This document shows, piece by piece, positions 39,239-43,047 of a stretch of DNA of 43,047 bases. The notes under the pieces were generated by a model. That model searched no databases and was not told where the DNA came from. It saw only the letters and a list, made by a program, of their open reading frames with translations. The first letter of the stretch is position 1, and every line of letters begins with the position of its first letter. The stretch covers positions 1 to 43,047 of the forward strand of contig CAVTUQ010000033.1 of assembly GCA_963737905.1 (NCBI GenBank). Reading direction: 5' to 3'. Source of the DNA: an uncultured delta proteobacterium (lineage in GTDB: Bacteria > Desulfobacterota > Binatia > UBA9968). The translations under genes and the position numbers were made by a program.

Positions 39239-40345
39239 TCAGTCCGCCGAAAAGTTCGAATTCACTTTCTGATGCCCGCCGTTATCGCTCAGGGACTCCT
39301 CGTAGTAGAGGCCCAGCGCCTGGAGCACCGGCGTGTCCTGGATCGAGAAGAGTACAGCGTCTTCCTTCCCCGAGATGTTCGCGTGCTCGTGCAGCGCCCA
39401 GGGCGGCAAAGCGATGATGTCTCCTTTATTCCAGACAAAGCGCTTCCCATCGATAACCGTCGCGCCTTCGCCTTTGACAACGTGGTACACCGCGCTGCCG
39501 GTATGGCGGTGCGCCTTCGTACTTTCGCCCGGGCGGAGCATTTGCGCCCAGCATGCCATCGTCGGCATCACCGGGCCGCCTGTCTGCGGGTGGCGGTACT
39601 CAAGGGCAATGCCGTCGAAGGCGCTTCCCTCATCTTCGCGCAGCGCGCTGAGAGCCTCCCAGGTACGATCCCACGAGTAGAGAAGCAGCGGCGACGACAG
39701 AGGTTTCTCCTTCACCCAGGTCGGACTCAGATGCGCGTGGCCGTGCAATCGCTTGGACGCGTTGGCCGGTCGGGTCGCGGGAACCTGCTGGGCAGTATAG
39801 AACTGGAAGAACATCGCTTCCAAGGACTGGATCAAGGGGATGTCCAGCCCATCCATCCAGACGACACGCTCTTTCGTTTCATTGCCGTGATCATGCCAGG
39901 CCCAACTCGGCGTCAATATAAGGTCGCCCGGCTCCATATAGACACGCTCCCCATCGACGGCGGTATAGGCGCCGGTCCCCTCAATAATGAAGCGGATCGC
40001 CGTCGGCGAATGGCGGTGAGCGCGGGCCACTTCGCCAGGCAAAAGCACCTGTACAGCAGCAATGAGATTGTTTGTCGTCGCCCAGCGGCCATCGAGGCCC
40101 GGGTTGAAAAGTTGCAGCGCCCGGCGCTCTTCGCCCACCGGCACCGCCGAGCCCGACTCATCGACGATCGACTTGAGCCTGGACCAGGGCCACATATAGG
40201 GGATCATTTTGGGCTCGGGATGCGGCGTCATCTGGCTCGCCAATTCCCAAAGGCCGTACATGTGGTTCGCGTGCATGCGCTCGTGAAACGCTGCCCGCAT
40301 CTGTTCGACTGAGGCCATCGGAACTTCTTTTTGCGGTTTAGCCAT
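39239..40345 (-). CDS. Bicupin gentisate 1,2-dioxygenase-like ring-cleavage enzyme
   Basis: ERRALQLFNPGL, ARAHRHSPTAIRFIIEG, TPSWAWHDHGN, WMDGLDIPL, KAHRHTGSAVYHVVKG. Confidence 0.85.
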   Translation of the reverse strand: MAKPQKEVPMASVEQMRAAFHERMHANHMYGLWELASQMTPHPEPKMIPYMWPWSRLKSIVDESGSAVPVGEERRALQLFNPGLDGRWATTNNLIAAVQVLLPGEVARAHRHSPTAIRFIIEGTGAYTAVDGERVYMEPGDLILTPSWAWHDHGNETKERVVWMDGLDIPLIQSLEAMFFQFYTAQQVPATRPANASKRLHGHAHLSPTWVKEKPLSSPLLLYSWDRTWEALSALREDEGSAFDGIALEYRHPQTGGPVMPTMACWAQMLRPGESTKAHRHTGSAVYHVVKGEGATVIDGKRFVWNKGDIIALPPWALHEHANISGKEDAVLFSIQDTPVLQALGLYYEESLSDNGGHQKVNSNFSAD

Positions 40346-40397
40346 AGGACACCTCCCTCGATTGCTGAGCCAGATTTTGAGCAAGACTCGAAGATTG

Positions 40398-40483
40398 CAC
40401 CGCCGAGGCGCGGAGGACGCGGAGTAAAGAGTTCTCGATTAAAACAATTCTCCGATCTCTGCGAACTCCGCGTCTCTGTGGTG
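40398..40483. repeat. REP-like palindrome of CGCGGAG (9-bp period) units
   Basis: CACCGCCGAGGCGCGGAGGACGCGGAG ... CTCTGCGAACTCCGCGTCTCTGTGGTG. Confidence 0.75.
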
Positions 40484-40570
40484 AATACTTCTTCACAGAA
40501 CCATTTTTATACTATCACTAATGACGAACACAACACGGTCCTCAAAATTGTACTCGAGAATATTGGAGCG

Positions 40571-41458
40571 TCAAACAGCATTCACGCCGCGAGAGACGAC
40601 ATTTTTAGCCGCGGTTATCTCCCACCAATTTTTGGCTGGGTCGCTTAGAAAAAAATACGATCTATCGCTCTCTTGTCTTAGATCGCCGAGATAAGTGAGG
40701 CGAACGTCGTTGGCAACTTTTGCGAACTCTTGATGGGCTTCTCGCAGCGCCTCCAAAGAATCGATCTCCAGTGTAAACCGGCTGTTCTCGTTCAGATAGC
40801 GACGAATTTTCTGCGGCACGACCACGACATACCAGGGGTTGAACGCGTCTTTCAGGTAGAGCACGGGAAGCTCCGGCGGCAGCGGAACCAGTTCCAAACC
40901 CAACAGTTCTCCGATGAAGCGCCGGTATGATTCCTTCTCTCCTTCGTCGCATTCCAAGGTTCCGTGAGAAAGACCCTGGCAAACGTAACCTCTGCCCGCG
41001 AATTTTTCTGCAGCATAGGGTCTCTGCCAATGCGGCCCATAAACAGCCGAAGCTTTGGCGTGCTCGGGCTCGTAGTACTCGATCTCCAAAGAGTTGCCTC
41101 CCGGTTCGCCGAAGTAAAAAGAATAGGCGATGTGCAAGAGCGACGGCTTGCCGACCCGGGGTAAGCGGTACTTGTCTTTGACTTTTTTTAAGTATTCTTG
41201 AGCGTTGTTCACTTCGTCGCGGCTACTTACTCTCCAACCATAGTGATTCATCAGCGGTTTGTCTTTTGCACCGGCTCCGGCAGCGTGAAGGACCATTGAC
41301 CAGCCGGTATTCGGGTGTTTCATCACCCATTCGGTGTCGCTACGGCGTTGGATCACTTCCATCCCGAGGATGTCGCTAAAGACAGGAACCGTCTCGTCAA
41401 AACGGCGGCATTCGTAGTGGCCTTCGATCAGCTTGGGTTTTTTCAGCATCGAACTCAC
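40571..41458 (-). CDS. Two-domain VOC family protein
   Basis: EGHYEC, NHYGWRV, SFYFGEPGGNSLEIE, LSHGTLEC, FFLSDPAKNWWEI; GTGA overlap with the LLM gene. Confidence 0.8.
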   Translation of the reverse strand: MSSMLKKPKLIEGHYECRRFDETVPVFSDILGMEVIQRRSDTEWVMKHPNTGWSMVLHAAGAGAKDKPLMNHYGWRVSSRDEVNNAQEYLKKVKDKYRLPRVGKPSLLHIAYSFYFGEPGGNSLEIEYYEPEHAKASAVYGPHWQRPYAAEKFAGRGYVCQGLSHGTLECDEGEKESYRRFIGELLGLELVPLPPELPVLYLKDAFNPWYVVVVPQKIRRYLNENSRFTLEIDSLEALREAHQEFAKVANDVRLTYLGDLRQESDRSYFFLSDPAKNWWEITAAKNVVSRGVNAV

Positions 41459-42518
41459 CCCCGCACTTCCGGCGCTACCTGTTCCATGAAGCGCCGCATC
41501 GAACTACGCGCTTGGTCATCGGTCAAGCCGCCCAGGGCGAAGCTACCGGCCAGATCCGTCAGGTAGAGACGCTCGCGCACGTATTCTACTTTTTCGCGCA
41601 CTTCCCCCGGGCTACCAACGAGCACGCGGCTTTGGTCGACCAATTCGTCGAAGGTGAGCCGCTTCATCTGCGCGCGGTGTCGTTCGTGACTGCGGTAGGA
41701 ATCAGGATCAGCCATTCCCGGCGTCAAGCTATGCGCGTGGCTCGCTGCCGAGTGGTACTCGGCAAGTCCCTGGGCCGCGGCCGCGCGCGCCGCCGCGGAA
41801 TTTTCCCCGACACATATATGATACACGCCGAGCACTCGCGCGGTTGACGGGTCAAATCCCGCCGCCCGTCTTGCGCTGAAATAAGCCTGCATCTTGTGCC
41901 GAAGCTCTTCGACCTCATTCAGGAACGGTATGAGCATCATGTTAAACCCATGCCGTCCCGATAGTTCAAAGGATTCGACAGACGTGGTCGCTGCCATCCA
42001 CACGGTGGGATAGGGCTCCTGCACCGGGCGCGGCCAGACCTCGACGCCGTTGAATTCGTGGAAGCGGCCCTTGTGGTTCAATACCGGCTCGCTCCAGGCC
42101 TTTAAGATGACCTCCAAATTTTCCCGGAAACGGTCGCGCAGCTCATCGAGCGGAATTCCAAACGTAAGGCCTCCCACTTCACGAAGCCATGGCCGATCCC
42201 AAACTGGAGCCTCCCTCCGCTCAAACAGTCGAGTGTCGCATAGTCCTCGGCAACCCGAAGCGGGTTGTGGTACGGCAGCAAGATCACCGCAGTGCCGATT
42301 CGAATTTTAGCGGTCCTTTGCGCAATCGCGGCGCCGATAACCGGCGTGGCCGAAAAGAGCCCGCCGAAAGAATGAAAGTGGTGTTCCGCAAGCCAGACCG
42401 AATCGAAGCCAAGCTGCTCGGCGTACGCCGCTTGCTCCACGACGGTGCGCAGACGCTCGCTGCCTTCTGCACGAGTGGTAGGAAGCGATGACGGCAAATA
42501 AAATAACCCGTAGTGCAT
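41455..42518 (-). CDS. LLM-class flavin-dependent oxidoreductase, frameshift near 42170
   Basis: AEQLGFDSVWLAEHHF, IRIGTAVILLPYHNPLRVAEDYATLD, GRLQFGIG, then VWPRPVQ..P.VWMA and LVGSP. Confidence 0.85.
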
Positions 42519-42626
42519 GGCCGGAGCTATAGTCCCTCACGAAACGGATGTCAATTTAACTAACTTACATCTCCCTAGCGCGAACCACGGGTCTCACAAG
42601 GCAGATGCGCTCTGTCGGCCGCACTA

Positions 42627-42655
42627 TTGACTACTGAAATTATCTTCAGTATAGA
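42627..42655 (+). promoter_or_regulatory. Promoter with an SOS-box-like palindrome upstream of the integrase stub
   Basis: TTGACT-N17-TATAGA with TACTGAA-ATTATC-TTCAGTA (CTG-N10-CAG) in the spacer. Confidence 0.5.
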
Positions 42656-42743
42656 GCGGTATATGTTTCCCGCACTCGAACAGTCATGCATTGAACTTTG
42701 AACGGGACTTTGAACCGACGCAGTCGCTATCGGAGGAGACAAC

Positions 42744-42869
42744 ATGGAAAGCGCCAAGGTATACCCCCTGAACAGAAATCAATTTGAGCGTAGCGCTGCA
42801 GTAAATGCGCCGGCAACGCCTCCGAAACCAAAGTTACTCGATCAAGTTCGCCAGGCGATCCGAAGATAG
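42744..42869 (+). pseudogene. intI: Integron integrase N-terminal remnant
   Basis: RBS GGAGG; MESAKVYP...PPKPKLLDQVRQAIRR*; KPKLLDQVR..IR is typical of IntI N-termini, but the ORF stops where RHYS would follow. Confidence 0.6.
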
Positions 42870-43047
42870 GCTGCGAGTTGTTAGGGAGATGGGCCGCCGC
42901 CCCTGGCAGTGTTTAGCGGCGAGAAGATTGTTGACAACGTGGGGTAGCTGGTGGATATTGCGACCGATTCAAATCTGATTGGTGGAACCGCCTAGAAGAT
43001 GGGCCGACCGGCATTTGTCACCTCCTTAACGCGGCTCACTTAATAGT

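Overview
43 kb of GC-rich bacterial accessory and metabolic DNA. Gene content (many NMT1/SsuA and ABC_sub_bind binding proteins, amidohydrolases, VOC, LLM and cupin enzymes) suggests a soil Binatia/Deltaproteobacteria-like genome; this is inference only. Many single-base frameshifts suggest long-read assembly errors or decay. Main points: (1) an intact IS110 element (about 30798-32347) sits in one arm of a palindromic 9-bp-period repeat with a duplicated CT core, and its 245-bp structured upstream non-coding region has four short matches to both junctions (candidate bridge RNA); (2) a 6 kb array of five mosaic, broken ABC_sub_bind genes is interleaved with cargo genes (DUF3597, MNT-HEPN, FGE-domain lipoprotein) and punctuated by four copies of an unannotated ~72-bp element with terminal inverted repeats; (3) tandem paralogs of a secreted carboxypeptidase-regulatory-like/CXXCH/beta-propeller protein; (4) a FecR-OmpA-CHASE2 locus with a PP2C/anti-sigma/STAS output; (5) mazEF, a sigma54-type promoter upstream of an FN3/repeat protein, several REP-like palindromes, and an integron integrase stub with an SOS-box-like operator.
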